DNA of 64,000 bases. It comes from Laetmonice hystrix (lineage: Eukaryota). The stretch covers positions 47,866,001-47,930,000 of the forward strand of contig OZ249436.1 of NCBI GenBank assembly GCA_965235115.1, read 5' to 3'. The translations under genes were made by a program, and so were the position numbers. The notes below the pieces were generated by a model. That model was not told the origin of the DNA. It saw only the letters and a list, made by a program, of their open reading frames with translations, and made no database searches. How positions within the stretch are numbered: position 1 is the first letter of the stretch; each line of letters opens with the position of its first letter. Of this stretch, positions 51,834 through 63,525 are shown piece after piece.

Positions 51834-51871
51834 CTGGTTATTAACCAGCCTTTAGTGAGACGGGCCCCAGG

Positions 51872-52733
51872 GGCCGGTTTTTCAATGACATGGCTGAGTA
51901 GCTACTTAGGCTGAGTCGACCACGGATCTTAAGTAGCTACCTAAGTCTAAAGCGTTTTTCAATGAAATTTTAAGCTTAGCCAGCGACTCAAGTCTGCACA
52001 GATACATTCCGGTTAGCGCGGTATGCAATCCCTATTTTGGTGTGACTCTCGCCGGTTATCACAGTGTCCCGCCACATAGCAGGCACGTTTATGGTCCGAT
52101 TCCCGGTGGTGGTTGCTTTTTCTTCTTTGGCTGCCTTTGACTTTTATTGGTACAGTTGACAATGTGCGCACATTTCTACAATCTACTTTTCACATTATTT
52201 CCTTTATTATCCCATGTCCATGGATAGGGAAATGGCATCTTGGATTTGTTTATCTGTCCGTTGTGCCTCATGCAGTGGTTAGAGGTTGTGATTTAGTATT
52301 TTATTTGAGCAAAGTCAAATAGATTGAGGCCAAAAGCGTGACATTTATACCAGAAATACATGTCTTCGAATCAGTATGAGATATACATCAGTGTGAAATA
52401 TATAGGGCTATGACAAATATATAATATGAACAGGATCAGTCTGTCTGTTTAACCACTTTATTGATAGGTAATTTCAATGTTTGATGTGTCATAATTATAT
52501 TCCAGAAATGTACATTCTAAAGTTGATATTAATAAATTGATACATTCAGAGATAAAGGAAAGATGGACACAATTGGCTACATTAGGACGTGGTCAGGTGG
52601 CTCAAGTCACCTCCCGAGGTGACTTAAGTTCCAAGGTTTAAGTAGCCTACTCAGCTCTCAAAATGACCATTGAAAAACGCTCATGGGCCTAAGTCGCCTG
52701 GCTAAGCTGGCTTAACTTCATTGAAAAACCGGC
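51872..52733. mobile_element. Non-autonomous Harbinger-like element abutting the previous one
   Basis: TIR gccggtttttcaatga / tcattgaaaaaccggc, with subterminal repeats of ttttcaatga / cattgaaaaa. Confidence 0.7.
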
Positions 52734-52935
52734 TGGTGTCGATATCCTGAGCTACAGAAAGTCGTATTGTATGTCACCGAGGCCAAATCAGCCGGAAAGG
52801 CGAACAACATCCGTCAAAATGAGACAGGGACCGACGCTGGTTGGTGGTGTCGGTGGGGTTATGTATAGGTTATTCAACGGGTCTGAGGGGTGGTCGCAGG
52901 TGATAACCGATTCGAGCGACAGCGAGAATCGTTAT

Positions 52936-53475
52936 CACCGCGACCACCCCGAGGATCCAGTTGAATAACCTACATACACCCCACGCGGGAAGATAGTCTG
53001 AAAGTGTTTCTGTTAAAATTGTGTAGAATTTTGGGAAATGTCGGGTAATTTTAATGGAAAACTCTGAGCGTGGAATAGCTGCCGCGATAACCACCCCATG
53101 GGATGGTTATCGTCGGGATGAGTAGGCTACCTCAGAGTTACACCGCGACCATCTTTGAAAATCTAGTTGAATAACTGACATACACACAAGAGGGGAGAGA
53201 GTTTGAAACTGTTTCTGTTAAAATTGTCTTGAATTTTGGAAAATATCAATAATCTTTAGCAGAAACTCTGAGCGTGGAATAGCTGTCGCGATAACCACCA
53301 TGGGTTGGTTATCGTCAAGGGGGATTGGCTACCTCGGTGTTACACCGCGACCATCCCTGAAAATCTAGTTGAATAGGCCTAACAGTTACTGACATACAAC
53401 TATGAGGAAGAGAGTTTGAACGTGTTTCCGTTAAAATTGTCTAGAATATTGGGGAATGTCTACTAATTTCAAGGA
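52936..53475. repeat. Degenerate tandem triplication, ~205-bp unit
   Basis: caccgcgacca...agttgaata...tgtttc.gttaaaattgt recurs at about 52936, 53141 and 53343. Confidence 0.85.
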
Positions 53476-54720
53476 AAAACAAAGCTAGATCTGCACACGT
53501 GCAGTGACCGACTGGGCTGACGATCGCCACGCCTCAGTGCACTTGCTTGACCACGGTCTCCAAATAGCCCTTGCCCGGTACGTCACGGATGACTACACCG
53601 GAGTTATAATGCTACTCACCGGTGTCCCACGTTTGATGTACCACTCCATTCAACATACCTCCGCTATGTTGAACCTGTTCAAATTACTCCCTCCAGTCAC
53701 CTCCAGTTTCAGGGTCTGGGTTAGGGTAAGGATAAGTTAATGGTTATTTTGTTATTAGAAACTGGAGGGGGTCATTTGAACCTAGGTTAAACATGGGGGA
53801 GGGGTATACATGTATTCTGAATGGGGGGACTTGAAACTGTGTACACCGGCACTGACAGAATGGGCCGTCGGGAGCAAGTCCTGCGGTGACAGGACGGTCT
53901 ACACTTTTTCACCCGACCGACCGACCGATCTTCACCCGAAAGTTCGGACGAAGATCGGGTGGAAAGTTCGGGTGAGAATTTTCCTTGGCAAACTCCACCC
54001 GAACTTTTCAACCGACAATGCAAATGGTCTACACTTTATAATTTTCACCCGACCGACAAGTTCGGGAGAAGGTCGGGTGGAAAGTTCGGGTAAGAATATT
54101 CCTGGCATAAGATCCGAATGAGACTGAGAATTCGGGTGACAGTCCGGACCGATCACCCGACGATTGCTGCACTAAAGACCCAGAAATAACAAAGATCGAT
54201 TCACGGCCGATTTTAAGATACGACAGATTTTTCTCCATAGTTTTCCAATCTAGCAGTAATTAAGAAATACTGCGCGGATGGTTAAAAAAAAATATCTGAA
54301 CTCGGCCCGACCGCCCGACCAATTCACAATTTTCTGAATTGGTCAGATGGCTATCTGACCTCCACCCGAATTCGGGGGACAGATCGGGCCGATCACCCGA
54401 CCATTGCTCGACGAACCGAACTCCACCTGATCGCCCGATCACCAAAGTTCGGGTGCAGATCGGCTAAGTGTAACAAGGGCTTCAGTGTGGATTAAGAAAA
54501 ATATGCAAATAATATCATATCACATTACCAACCGCGAGCGATAGCGAGAAAAAATAACTCATTATTATTCGAAACCTCCTACCCGAAGAATTCGAGGGAA
54601 CCGAGAATTCTTGGGGTAGGAGGTTGAGAAAAAAAAATCGAGGGGTGATATCGAATGAAGCCCGAGCGAAGCGAGGGTTTCATTCGATATCAACACGAGA
54701 GAAATGAAGGTGTTAGTGCA

Positions 54721-54790
54721 GACGGTGTGGCGGAGTGGGTAGAGCGTTCGCTGACCAGTCCGGCGATCTGGGTTCGAATCCGGGAACAGG
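54721..54790 (+). mobile_element. tRNA-like SINE head (Pol III A and B boxes)
   Basis: A box tggcggagtgg (54728-38) and B box ggttcgaatcc (54771-81). No clean acceptor stem, so it is not called a tRNA. Confidence 0.6.
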
Positions 54791-54877
54791 CAAGCTTTCG
54801 TGGTAAAACGACCCGGTTATCCAGAAAGAGTCGCGCGACTGGATATGGGGGCCCATGGGGTGTATTGGCTTCTCTCT

Positions 54878-55047
54878 GCCGTCAACCAGGCAGGTCGTAT
54901 GGAGACACGGGCTGGCCCGGTTTCAGGCCGTCAAACAGGCAGGTCGTACGGAGACACGGGCTGGCCCGGTTTCAGGCCGTCAGCCAGGCAGGTCGTACGG
55001 AGACACGGGCTGGCCCGGTTTCAGGCCGTCAAACAGGCAGGTCGTAC
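54878..55047. repeat. Tandem repeat, 49-bp unit, 3.5 copies
   Basis: gccgtcaa.caggcaggtcgta.ggagacacgggctggcccggtttcag starts at 54878, 54927, 54976 and 55025. Confidence 0.92.
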
Positions 55048-55149
55048 AGCACAGATTTTGATTGGGTCTATACTGAGTACTCTCCACATCAGAAGAAGGT
55101 CATCTCAAGGCGGTTTTAGTGGGGAATAAAATCGAATTTTCCGGTGAAT

Positions 55150-55419
55150 AGGTAGGTAGGTAGGTATTTGGGGTTTTACGCCTTGCAACAGCCAGGGTCA
55201 TATCACGGCGGTGAAGATGAGATGAAAGTCAGTTTTTATTGGTGGAGGAAACCGGAGTACCCGGAGGAAACCACCGACCTTCGGGAAGGAACTGACTGAC
55301 AAACCTTTCACACATGCAGCCCAGGCCGGGAATCGAACCCGGGTCGCAGCGGTGTGAGGCGATGGTCCTAGGTGTCATGATGGAGCCGACACCTTAGACC
55401 ACTCGGCCACCCGAGGCCC
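55150..55419 (-). mobile_element. tRNA-derived SINE with a V-domain-like core
   Basis: On the minus strand: A box tggccgagtgg, B box ggttcgattcc, ggtttcctccgggtactccggtttcctcc core and (acct)n tail. Confidence 0.85.
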
Positions 55420-57792
55420 CCTCCGGTGAATACCACTGACCTTATGGCATGTCACTGAAAAAAAATTTCTTACCTGCGTCCCGAAGGCAATACGAGGCCA
55501 AAGGTGAGAGTCACGAGCAGGACCCCAAGACCAGTGAGTCACTGCAGCCCCCCCCCCCAACAACAACAACCGAGTTCCTGTCCGTCGTTATGTAACCATA
55601 TATAAGTGAGCAAGGGCAAGTATACGGATTCAGTTAATTCTAGATGTGCTGTGACATTTCTTCCTTCATCCCTACTGCAGAAGTAAATGTACAGTAGTTA
55701 GACCATTACATGATAGGGCCTACTACCACCTGAAGAAAACTCTGGTTTCTCTATCAGATTACATGGGGCAGTGGCCCTGTCACCGGGGACTGACAGAGAC
55801 TCGGTGAAATAGCACATTGATAGCCGATAGGTTACGAGGGGGGGGGGGGTCCATACCTGGCTTGTGTGACAGGGCCCTAACCTTGGCTTGACACGCGATG
55901 TCTGGGCGCCAGCTTCCGACAGACGGACAGACATTGGAGGTCAAAGTTCCCGGGCGTCCAAAAATTGGACTGTCACCTTTGGTTGCTCGACGGGAACTGA
56001 AATGCCATCTTCCGATGAATTCTCAGGGTAATGTGTTGAGAAGTTGTTTTTTTTATAGACGATCTGGAATCTGGACATGTTTTACCGGTAGGGACTGGCT
56101 CGGTACTGGCTGATGACCTGTACCGTATCTCGTGGCCTTTAGACGAACTGCTAGCGGGTCTCAACCGTTGTCAACGCTAAATACTGCACATTGGGATAAT
56201 CTTACAATCTCCAGTGATTGAAGAAGTATGATCAGAAAGTTATTACAGTCCACATAGTGACAATAGGAGACTCATTGCTAACGTCCCGGAGGGTCTCACC
56301 AAGGCACTCTACCGACATACGATCAGGAGAGAGAAGTAATTCAGTATCCTGGAAGGGGCACTGTCATTGTCAAACAACTGTAGTCGTTACGGGAAATTGT
56401 TTTCATCGCCAGCCAGTGGAGGCCGTCTGGCTGAACACTGCAGAAAGCTTTTATGAAGAGATCCTGGCCACTGGCCACTTATTTAGATAATCGCAAAAAT
56501 CCTCGAGACAGATTTCGGAAAAGGAGGACCGTGAAGGCAGCAGTGACATAAAAGCATATTGGCATTGCCCACGGAAACGTTAATTATGTTGTTGTGTGAC
56601 TAACCCTAACCCTAACTTGCAGAGGTTCTCGGAAAGATTTGATGATATTAATTTATAGTATTAATTAATACAGGCAAGTCTGTACGGTAGTGTAATGGCT
56701 GGAAGTCAAGGCAGGGTGAATGACCTAACCGAATCAGCCTGCGCAAAACAAGCTGGAAACAAATCAGAGCTCCTACGACAGTCACTGGATACAGTACTTA
56801 TAGCCTACAGTAATTGTCCAGGTGGATTCCATGTCCGGTGGTGGCGGGGCAGCTCTGAGTCCATCAGGGTCAGCCAAGCCGACACGCAGGTCACTGATTC
56901 ACATTGAGAAGTCGTTCAGTGCTCGTGCTAACTGGACAAAGGCTGAACCTGAGACTTGGCTCAGACACGGACAGCTCTTTCCACTAGCCCACCCCGCATT
57001 GGGTTGTAGGTTGAACAGACGTTTGGGCATTTGAATGATTGTATTTGTATACGATTGGCCGGGGCTTTAATTGTGTGCCTATAAAAACAAATTGTCAATC
57101 TACAGAAAATCTACATTAGATAAGCATAGATGATTCTGCAGGGCCGTAATTCGGGAAGGGGGGGGGGGGGGCTGTGGGGCTTAAGCCCCCGCAATATTTT
57201 CAGTCGTGCCTAATAATTTGCCTAATAATTAGCCTATTTTACTGGGGAGAACCTTACACTCTGTTCACCTAATCCCTCAATTCAGTGGAAATTATCTAGC
57301 CCCCTCAATAATTTGATGGAAATTACGGGCCTGCTCTGTGAAAATGATTGGAACACTAGAGAAAATATTTAAACAATTATTTGAAGAATCTGCTGCGGAA
57401 GTTGGTTGAGAATTGAGGAAAAAGTCCTCAATGGTAGTTTCTTCCTCGGTTTCTTCCTCGGTTTCTTCCGCGTGTCACGTCACGGAATTCCCCCGGTTAG
57501 TTTAAAATGTGGGAAGACGGTGGAAGGAGTAAAACTAAAACAAAACGCTGAACATGTCAAATCTGATGTTCAAAACAAGTATTTTATCTGTAGCCAGTTT
57601 GCCAACAACTAGGTGGTCCTAGTAGACGTAGGGGCATTATATCCTATTAGAAGTTGTAGATTGACTAGACGATTTTTTTTAAAAACCCTCACAGTGAGAA
57701 AGATTTACGTCACCTTTTATAGACGGAAAGTTAACTGGTAGATGAAGGACGATAACTCAACCATCAATAAAAAAATCGCTCTAAATGTGCAG

Positions 57793-58062
57793 ACTTATGG
57801 TGATACAATACAGACTTGATAACATATAACGTCTGATACTTATGGTGATACAATACAGACTTGATAACATATAACGTCTGATACTTATGGTGATACAGTA
57901 CAGACTTGATAACATATAACGTCTGATACTTATGGTGATACAATACCGACTTGATAACATATAACGTCTGATACTTATGGTGATACAATACAGACTTGAT
58001 AACATATAACGTCTGATACTTATGGTGATACAATACAGACTTTATAATATATAACGTCTGAT
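57793..58062. repeat. Tandem repeat, 45-bp unit, 6 copies
   Basis: acttatggtgatacaatacagacttgataacatataacgtctgat is repeated. Confidence 0.95.
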
Positions 58063-58740
58063 AAACTACCGACGGCTGACAAGTGAAGTGTGAGCAATCT
58101 GAGGTCAGAGGGTTGTCGGATGATCACAGATCAGGTTTCCGTACTTTGACAGATTTATTAATATTTATAGGGAGCGGCTAGAAGCTGGTAGGGAATAGTT
58201 CACCAGCTTTTCAGTCTATCAAGAGGTAATAAATGTACTTCTTGGTTCGTGATGATATTAGCCTTGTAGCGTATATGTCAGTGGTATGTTGTAATTGGTG
58301 TGGTTGAATGGATGATGAGAAATAAACCCGTCACAAGTCACTTAGACGTACTGAAGCATATCCGTTAAATAATCTAGGATCCCCTCCGCTAGACAAGTCG
58401 TCAGCGAGGCAGTAAATATTACAGACAAAGTCTCCGTTAACCGTATGGTCTGTCTGATGAGGCCGCCGGGGTGGATACAATCGGGAGGTTTTTCTTTCAG
58501 AGGAACTGTTCTCGGATTAATACCGGGTAAATCTGACCATCTGCTGCCAATCTCGAGGTTTTATGTAATAAAAGTCTGTCTGTGAGGAGGATGGAATTAG
58601 CTGCCGAGCTGCACGAGTCGTGTTTATTTCCTTATTTTTCCATTGGAGTTTACTGCTGGAAAAGTTTCAGTACTGTCTCCCGTTTCTTTCTGAAGCAAGG
58701 AATGTAAACCAACTGCTCAGTGTCAAGTATTGTACCTTTT

Positions 58741-60120
58741 TAGCCCCCACAACGGGGGGCTTATAATTCGACCTCCGTCCGTCCGTACGTACGTCCGTCC
58801 GTCCGTCCGTCCGTACGTCCGTCCGTATGTCCGTATGTCCGTAGACAGCGATTTCTCAGAAGTGTATGGGTCGATTTCTTTGAAACTTCACAGAAGGATC
58901 AGGGATGAACTGAGGATGATGCACGTCAAACAGATTTTTGATATCATTCAAAATGGCCGCTTGGCGGCCATCTTGGATGTAAATACATTTTGAGCAATAA
59001 CTCAGCTAAAACAATCGCGATTTCTTTCAAACATGGTGCAGGGATGAGGCATCATGAGGGCCAATATGCATCACAATAAAATTTCAATTCAGATCCAAAA
59101 TGGCGACATGGCGGCCATATTTGTTTCTTGACCCCCACAATGACACTGTTTTGGCTTATATCTCGAAAACGGTGCAAGATGACGCAATAGTTACTATTAT
59201 TGATAGATAGGAAGTCATATATGACGTTCCATTTGGCGCCATTTTCGTTGACCTTGAGCGACCTTGAAAGGTCACTCAAGGTCATGCATATTTTCAATAG
59301 CCTGGATCTTCAAAACAGTTAAAGATAACGACATAATCTTGGAAGAAACATTACATAATGATCCGGGACAGTCCACGGACGAGGCAGGTCAAAGATATTT
59401 TTGACATCAGTCAAAATGGCCACGTGGTGGCCATCTTGGATGTAAACACATTTGGAGTAATATGACGTTTCATTTGGCGCCATTTTCGATGATCTTGAGC
59501 GACCTTGAAAGGTCAATCAAGGTCATGCATATTTTAATGGCCTGTACCTCCAAACCAGTTGAAAATAACAACATCTAATCTTGCATGAAACATTACATAA
59601 TAACCAGGGACAGTCTAAGGAGGACACAGGTCAAATATATCATTAAAAATGGCTGCTTGGTGGCCATCTTGGATTTAAAGAAATTCGAAGCAATAACTCT
59701 GACATTTTCTGGATTTCGTTCTTGCTGACAGAATGCATGAGGGGCAACAAGCGTGCCAAAAGTACGCATAGTTCCTGGACCCACAGATAATTTGTCCCTA
59801 CTCAGTTGGTTCACGCCAGATAACGCTATCAAACTGTACATAACTGACCTCTAAAGGTCAATCGAGGTCAAGCATATCTACAAAACACTTAACGTCGGAT
59901 AACACTATCAAACTGTATAACTGCATAGTTATTGCAGACACATGCATCTTTACGCTGGATAACGCTATCAAGCTGTACATAACTGCATAGAACTTTACTA
60001 AGTTTACGAAGTTTCATTTGACAATATTTCCTTTGCCCTTCAAAGATCAATTGAAGTCGTGCATCGTTTTTTCAAGAATCCATAGTTTGTGGTGGGGGCT
60101 ATAAGCTTCACAAGCTTGTT
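58741..60120 (+). mobile_element. Non-autonomous Helentron (HINE/DINE-1-like) element
   Basis: Subterminal inverted repeats agcccccacaac / gtggtgggggct, a (gtcc)n microsatellite near the 5' end, a 3' stem-loop aagctt-cac-aagctt, insertion in a T run without a TSD, and internal caaaatggc / gccat and gaccttga..aaggtca modules. Confidence 0.85.
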
Positions 60121-60194
60121 ATATTATGTTTCAGTGATCACTAAGGAAGAGTAACAATATCTGGGTGATGCCACATGCTGACTTCTGCTCTACT
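60121..60194 (+). pseudogene. Partial duplicate of the PARP acceptor and exon with an 11-nt deletion (decoy exon start)
   Basis: atattatgtttcag|tgatcac..aggaagagtaacaatatctgggtgatgccacatgctgacttctgct duplicates 60230-60309 and lacks ccacaaagacc. Confidence 0.85.
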
Positions 60195-60243
60195 GTATTG
60201 TATTGTGGTAGTGTTGTATTGTACCTTTTATATTATGTTTCAG

Positions 60244-60328
60244 TGATCACCCACAAAGACCTGAGGAAGAGTAACAATATCTGGGTGATGCCACATGCTG
60301 ACTTCTGCTGTACTCGCTTCTTCTTTGT
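60244..60328 (+). CDS. PARP8: PARP8-like exon (VITHKDLRKSNNIWVMPHADFCCTRFFFV)
   Basis: Matches VITSSDLHKHGEIWVVP..DHVCTRFFFV. The third catalytic-triad position is Ile (H-Y-I). tttcag / gtaagt sites. Confidence 0.93.
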
Positions 60329-60352
60329 GTAAGTAGAGATACGAGATCCATC

Positions 60353-61390
60353 GACAGTGGTATACTACAGTCACTGACAGTGGTACACTACAGTCACTGA
60401 CAGTGGTACACTACAGTCACTGACAGTGGTACACTACAATCACTGACAGTGGTACACTACAGTCACTGACAGTGGTACACTACAGTCACTGACAGTGGTA
60501 CACTACAATCGCTGACAGTGGTACACTACAATCACTGACAGTGGTACACTACAATCACTGACAGTGGTACACTACAGTCACTGACAGTGGTACACTACAA
60601 TCACTGACAGTGGTACACTACAATCACTGACAGTGGTACACTACAGTCACTGACAGTGGTACACTACAGTCACTGACAGTGGTACACTACAATCACTGAC
60701 AGTGGTATACTACAGTCACTGACAGTGGTACACTACAATCACTGACAGTGGTACACTACAATCACTGACAGTGGTATACTACAATCACTGACAGTGGTAT
60801 ACTACAATCACTGACAGGGGTATACTACAATCACTGACAGTGGTACACTACAATCACTGACAGTGGTATACTACAGTCACTGACAGTGGTACACTACAAT
60901 CACTGACAGTGGTATACTACAATCACTGACAGTGGTATACTACAATCACTGACAGTGGTATACTACAATCACTGACAGTGGTACACTACAATCACTGACA
61001 GTGGTATACTACAATCACTGACAGTGGTACACTACAATCACTGACAGTGGTACACTACAATCACTGACAGTGGTACACTACAATCACTGACAGTGGTATA
61101 CTACAAACACTGACAGTGGTACACAGTCGGTACACTACAATCACTGACAGTGGTACACTACAATCACTGACAGTGGTACACTACAATCACTGACAGTGGT
61201 ACACTACAATCACTGACAGTGGTACACTACAATCACTGACAGTGGTACACTACAATCACTGACAGTGGTACACTACAATCACTGACAGTGGTACACTACA
61301 ATCACTGACAGTGGTATACTACAATCACTGACAGTGGTATACTACAATCACTGACAGTGGTACACTACAATCACTGACAGTGGTACACTG
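60353..61390. repeat. Intronic minisatellite, 23-bp unit, ~45 copies
   Basis: gacagtggtacactaca(a/g)tcact is repeated. Confidence 0.97.
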
Positions 61391-62791
61391 TGGAAAAAGT
61401 GGCGCCCCCCACTCCCACTTCCCGGCATGCCCCCCCCCCCCCCCGCCTCTCTTTCCAAATTATATTAAAGATTATATAGATCCGCCCGTGACTATATAAA
61501 ACCATACAGTCACTAGTGAGTGATGTAGCAAGTTATAGAAACATGTTACTGGACTTTCATCACTGGAAAGTGACTGGTTTATAGTGATTGTAGGAAACTC
61601 TAGGTTACCAATACGGCACAAAAAGTGTTGAGATCTATTTCAATTACTGTCGGGTTGATGTGTTTTACGGGCAGGCCGTAGATTTTAATTTTGTCAGGAG
61701 GCAGTGAAACTGGACAGTAGAGAAACAGTCAGTGAGGAGTAAGAAGTGTGTTTGGTCGGCCTGGGACGCTTACCTATTGATTGCGGCTTGAACCAGAGGA
61801 TTATAATTAGATTGTGATAAAACACAACCACCATCAAGAGAGCAGCAGCTGCAGGATGTCGCCACTCGCCACTTTATAGCCCTAAAAACAATGGTCCGCT
61901 GTGTTATTTTTCCTTCAGATTTGCTTGATACATGATTTTTACTGGATTAATTTGTGTCATCGAGAAGAAGTTTATTGGAAATGTCCAATTATGCCGCCAA
62001 GTGAGAGATTGAGAGAAAGATATTAGGGACTTTATTTGATTGTTATCCTTTCACTGAAACTTTCAGTGTAGACAGACGTGGCGTAGTGGGACTTGTTGGC
62101 TGTTGTATTCATACGACTTAGAGCCAGGAGCCCTATATCAATACTCCCTAAATGGTCGATTACCATAATGTTGTTTTGGCAAGGTGCATCTCAAGGAAAA
62201 TACTTATCTATAACTATCTTTTACACAAATGTATTTTTAAAAGCTATTGGATATTCCCACCCTAAAACTGAATTGCAAGACACATCGCTCAGAAAAGAGG
62301 TGAATTGGTGTTTTTGAAAAAAAAGGTTCCTTGTATCCTTAATGAAAAATTGCATAGATGATCTGTACACAAGGTACTAATTACACCGACTACTGGTAGA
62401 TATTGTGGGTGTAATGAACTAATTACACCGACAACTGGTAGATATTGTGGGTGTAATGACAATGAGTTTTATCTTACCAATTATTCCATTCATACGGCAA
62501 CACTTTCAGAGCACTTTACGAGAGATTAATTTTGGTGAATCAGAATCTCTGGAGCGTAATAATTCCTGAATGGAAAATAGTCTTTGATACATCTTCTTTC
62601 AAAACTATGGCGTGTGGATTGTTTAAAACTCGATTCTCTAGTGACCTATGGCCTTATCAACAGACTTTAACTGGGAAAAATCAGGGACAGGTTTGATGGC
62701 GCATTATATTGATGTCATTCTTAGGCTGGATGATAATTTAAAGTGTTTTTGTTAGTGATGATTAAAACTGATGTTGTGTATGTGCCATCAG

Positions 62792-62885
62792 ATACGAGGA
62801 TGGCCAGGTGGGCGACTCTAACATTGACACCCGAGAGGAGAGGTACATTCAGGAGATTGTGAAGGCGGTCGGGTACCATACGTGA
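62792..62885 (+). CDS. PARP8: PARP8-like last coding exon (YEDGQVGDSNIDTREERYIQEIVKAVGYHT stop)
   Basis: Matches YEDGQVGDANINT. catcag acceptor, TGA at 62883-62885. Confidence 0.93.
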
Positions 62886-63115
62886 TGATACATGCGATCA
62901 GTTCACACAACACGACCACCATACGAGTAAGTAGCATCTCTTTGTACATAGAAAACTGTCCACAGATTCCCATCCTCCTAGATTACAATGGGGTTTTTGT
63001 TGTCAGCTTCATTTTGTAGATTATGTCTGAAAACGGGTGTGTAGAAATACCTCTCTCCGACAACATCTATGTGTAACATCATGACCGCGGCAATGATACT
63101 CGGTTCAGTTCAGCG

Positions 63116-63390
63116 TTATTTCGAGAAACCTGGCAATGGTGTACATTGTATACAGTGGTTGTCTCATAGTCATTCAATATGTCTTGTTGTCTCATAGTCA
63201 TACAACATGTCTTGTGGAATACAGATGACCAATTGTTGTGGGCATAGCGTGAGCCCAGGTAACTTCCCATACAGTTAATTATTTCGAGAAACCTGGCAAT
63301 GGTGTACATTGTATACATGTACAGTGGTTGTCTCATACAATATGTCTTGTGGAATACAGATGACCAATTGTTGTAGGCATAGCGTGAGCA
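63116..63390. repeat. Direct duplication (~163-bp spacing) downstream of the PARP stop codon
   Basis: ttatttcgagaaacctggcaatggtgtacattgtataca and atgtcttgtggaatacagatgaccaattgttgt.ggcatagcgtgagc each occur twice. Confidence 0.85.
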
Positions 63391-63525
63391 AGGGCATAAT
63401 TTACTCGGTATCGAATTGCAGTTTGCGACCCAATTTCACCCCTTTGCGATTCAATAGCAGTATGCTTCGCAATGAATTGCTATTCAAATCTCTTCTGAGT
63501 AGCAGTCACTTTGGGTCAAAATTAA

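Larger units (their letters stand above)
50735..51870. mobile_element. Palindromic Harbinger-type MITE split by a nested Harbinger insertion
   Basis: TIR ctggggcccatctcactcaaggctggttaataacca / tggttattaaccagcctttagtgagacgggccccag. Internal hairpin gttaacataggagtgaatggaa...ttccattcactcctatgttaac. Confidence 0.8.
19497..62885 (+). other. PARP8: Gene span: PARP6/PARP8-like mono-ADP-ribosyltransferase with an internal UBA domain, 20 core coding exons (832 aa) plus 2 candidate micro-exons
   Basis: All exons join in phase with GT-AG sites. The protein is colinear with human PARP8 from the N-terminus (SEDYP) through NEYCVVCDEPHVFQNG, ELCVFAFQTLGVM, FHGSHIENWHSI, GIYLSP, CIALCEVI and TRFFFVYEDGQVGD. 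The N-terminal extension is PARP8-like rather than PARP6-like. Confidence 0.93.

Noticed and set aside
54721..54790. tRNA gene
   Set aside because: A and B boxes are present, but there is no proper acceptor stem or terminator and it sits among repeats. It is treated as a SINE head.
54655..55129. 154-aa and 109-aa ORFs
   Set aside because: They span a SINE head and a 49-bp tandem repeat.
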